The notes under the pieces are model-generated. The model saw nothing but the letters and a program-made list of their open reading frames with translations, was not told the origin of the DNA and searched no databases. From assembly GCA_000708835.1 (NCBI GenBank), contig DF237120.1:97963-161962 (forward strand): a stretch of 64,000 bases of DNA. Direction: 5' to 3'. Made by a program: the position numbers and the translations under genes. Within the stretch, counting starts at the first letter, position 1, and every line of letters begins with the position of its first letter. This stretch comes from Klebsormidium nitens. Lineage: Eukaryota; Plantae; Klebsormidiophyceae. Positions 61,901 through 64,000 of this stretch are shown here, piece after piece.

Positions 61901-62745
61901 CTTGATTTACGGGGAGTTCCAATCAAGTTTATAGATAACGAGGAAAAGGAGGGACACACCTGTACATTTCCGGTAGTTCGCACCTCGGCCTTTGATTCGC
62001 ACTAATTCCCACCGCGCCTCCGCAGGTGGGCGACGGGGCTGCTGCGGCGGGTGGGAATGCGCTCGACGTGGTGGTTCGCATCTTGAACAACCAGCTCAGC
62101 TCGCTCGTGTGGATCGACGAAAAGGTGAGCCAATTATTGGCAATCAAATCTGCAACATCTCTGGCAACATTTTGTAACTGTATGGTCTATCTTCGTCCAC
62201 AGCGTTCTACTCAAGCTTCGAGTCTGATACCCACATGATTGTGGGCTTAAATCAGGGTTAACCAGCAATAGGAAAAGCGGGCGTTGGGGCAGTTTGGTTG
62301 GAATCCCTCCAATCGGGGTTATGCTTGACGTAGTGTTGCTTCGTCGAGCAAGAGTGCCCACTTCTAGTTAGCCCAACACATACATCGTGCCCAAAACAAG
62401 TCTGTTACAATGCGTTTGCGGCTTTGCTTTATATCAGAGTTGCCACGATGAAGCAAATGTGCAAAGTCATAGCTCCTTTTATTGAAATGCAAGGACGGCG
62501 TCTTGGGCAATCATGTCTCGGCTTTGCTCCAACAACGTTCGGAAGACGCTTTCTGATACATCTGGCTCCCATGTGTACGTTGTTGACTTTGTTGGCTGTT
62601 CTGGTTCAACAGAAAATTCGTGTTTGAGAATTGACGACATTTCGGAGATGTCCTTGTGCAGGCGCAAACGTTATCAACACGGATTGAGCAATTAGCGGAG
62701 CAAGGTGCGAGCGCTAACGGCCGGTTTGACGGTAGCCAGTACTAG
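52967..62745 (+). CDS. NUP62: FG-repeat nucleoporin NUP62/Nsp1, ~841 aa
   Basis: Phase-consistent exons 52967-54716, 55374-55573, 55993-56115, 56660-56737, 60361-60464, 61259-61346, 62026-62124 and 62662-62745 (TAG), 2526 nt in total. N-terminal TPAFG/LFGQTG FG repeats, an A/T-rich linker, then the Nsp1_C coiled coil (KNVEEIIIGWTAELE...WDRRILSNR...YEQAE...LDVVVRILNNQLSSLVWIDEK). Confidence 0.95.
53850..54040 (+). repeat. Coding ~33-bp FG repeat block (TTPLFGQTGAS-like, ~5 units) in NUP62 exon 1
   Basis: Recurrent ACCCCCCTGTT(C/T)GG(T/C/A)CAAAC(G/T/C)GG units. Confidence 0.9.
58758..59201 (+). other. Unassigned ORF (147 codons) inside the 3.6-kb NUP62 intron 4
   Basis: Stop-free frame with globular-looking composition (FDHEFELDCRQAPLAMSAFPIQYKIAAPIF...VLPSIAKQINALN). 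No recognised family and no true ATG at the ORF start. Confidence 0.25.
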
Positions 62746-64000
62746 AGGGTCTTCGGGGTCTGAATGCAAGCGTTGGTCGATTGAAACTTCTGTCGAAGTG
62801 AAGATTGCTTGTCTATTATACTACAACGCACGAGATTGCTGTACAAGGACTCTTGAGTAAGTGAGTCCGTTACTTGCATTAACTGAGTGGCCCAGTGGGG
62901 TCTACGATCATTGAATCAGGTTTGCTTACTCGTCGGATGCACGAGACAATCTCAACGATACAAGCTTCTTTGTCCGCATGAGGTCGGATGCCGCGGGCCT
63001 GACGTGACCCGGGTTCACAATGTACATCGAATATTGCGCCACTATGATCCCGGTCCATTCTGAGCTACACGCATCTGTTTGTTTGTGAAACGTGTGCTTC
63101 TGCTTAAAGGTGTTCATTAATGATATCAGCCGTTGCATGCGCATAATATGAAGTTATCAGTCTGTATTCAGAAGCACGTCCGTTTGGGTACCGTCGCGTC
63201 CCAGTCCATGTACGTATAAGTTGGTACGGTTTCGATCGCATGAATGTTCCGAAGTGTTCCGAAGTTCGCTGAACATATGCACTATAACAAATTTCGAACT
63301 TAATTATGTTGCATGCTTGCAATAGAGTCATGCAGTGCATGGTACCGCAGATTGTACCCGGCGTTGTGGACGTATGAGTCCGAGATCGGCATGGCGGTAC
63401 GGTGGCCGGCCGGGCCGGGCCGCCTCACTTTACTATGACGGCATCGGCTAAAACACGACGGTCATGTGGTCCCAGCTGACCGTCGCATGCATGCCAGCCG
63501 CCTGCATGATGGACGCGAGGGCCGCCGGTACAGGTACGCTCACCCCAGCGCCCATGCTCAGGCTGCCATGCCACGCGGCAAATAGATCACCCTTCAATGC
63601 ATCTGAAATGCATAATTGTTAAGTTCACTGTCCTTGCATGAATATACCGAGTCGCATTAAGATGATACATGTGCCATGCACCAGGCATAATGAAACGAAG
63701 TACGTCACTATCAATATGAGCATGGCGTGTCACTGTCAATGCTATCGTAGCAAGTCGTCTTGACGAAAGCTAGTGTTCGGAACTGCACTGAGTGTTTCCG
63801 ATGTTCGGATCAGTGGCTCGGTCACTTGATCATAATTTTTTCAGCTTGACGGTCAGCATGAAAACAGCTGCCCATATAGCTAGGGTACCAGGGTGCTTTT
63901 CAAGTTTCAATCTGACCATGCGCTGCAGGCCCGGCAAATTCGATAAAGCCTCTGCTTACGCTCTACTACTCTTCAATCCCTCAATCATGACCGTTCGGCT

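Noticed and set aside
1-64000. tRNA or rRNA genes
   Set aside because: I recognised no cloverleaf or rRNA-like sequence, only isolated TTCGAATC-type motifs.

Overview
Eukaryotic, intron-rich genomic DNA, not bacterial. GT-AG introns, GC-rich exons and plant-type genes point to a streptophyte alga, possibly Klebsormidium-like (inference). The window has two halves. (1) From ~1 to 30.6 kb I find no intact gene. It is a block of decayed coding-like sequence whose main structure is a head-to-tail array of five degenerate minus-strand paralogs (~3.9-18.4 kb). They carry 3, 1, 6, 2 and 2 copies of a ~330-bp (~110-aa) tandem domain that I cannot assign to a known family. The block also holds a possible LRR relic and a Tc1/mariner-type MITE. 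(2) From 30.6 to 62.7 kb there are four spliced genes: an isocitrate-lyase/PEP-mutase-superfamily gene (+) whose 5' exons are missing from the window and whose introns hold tandem copies of its own splice acceptors and exon starts; a CYP86-clan cytochrome P450 (-); a large disordered/coiled-coil hypothetical protein (-); and nucleoporin NUP62 (+). Exon boundaries were set by hand from splice signals and phase consistency. Percent identities are by-eye estimates and no database searches were run.
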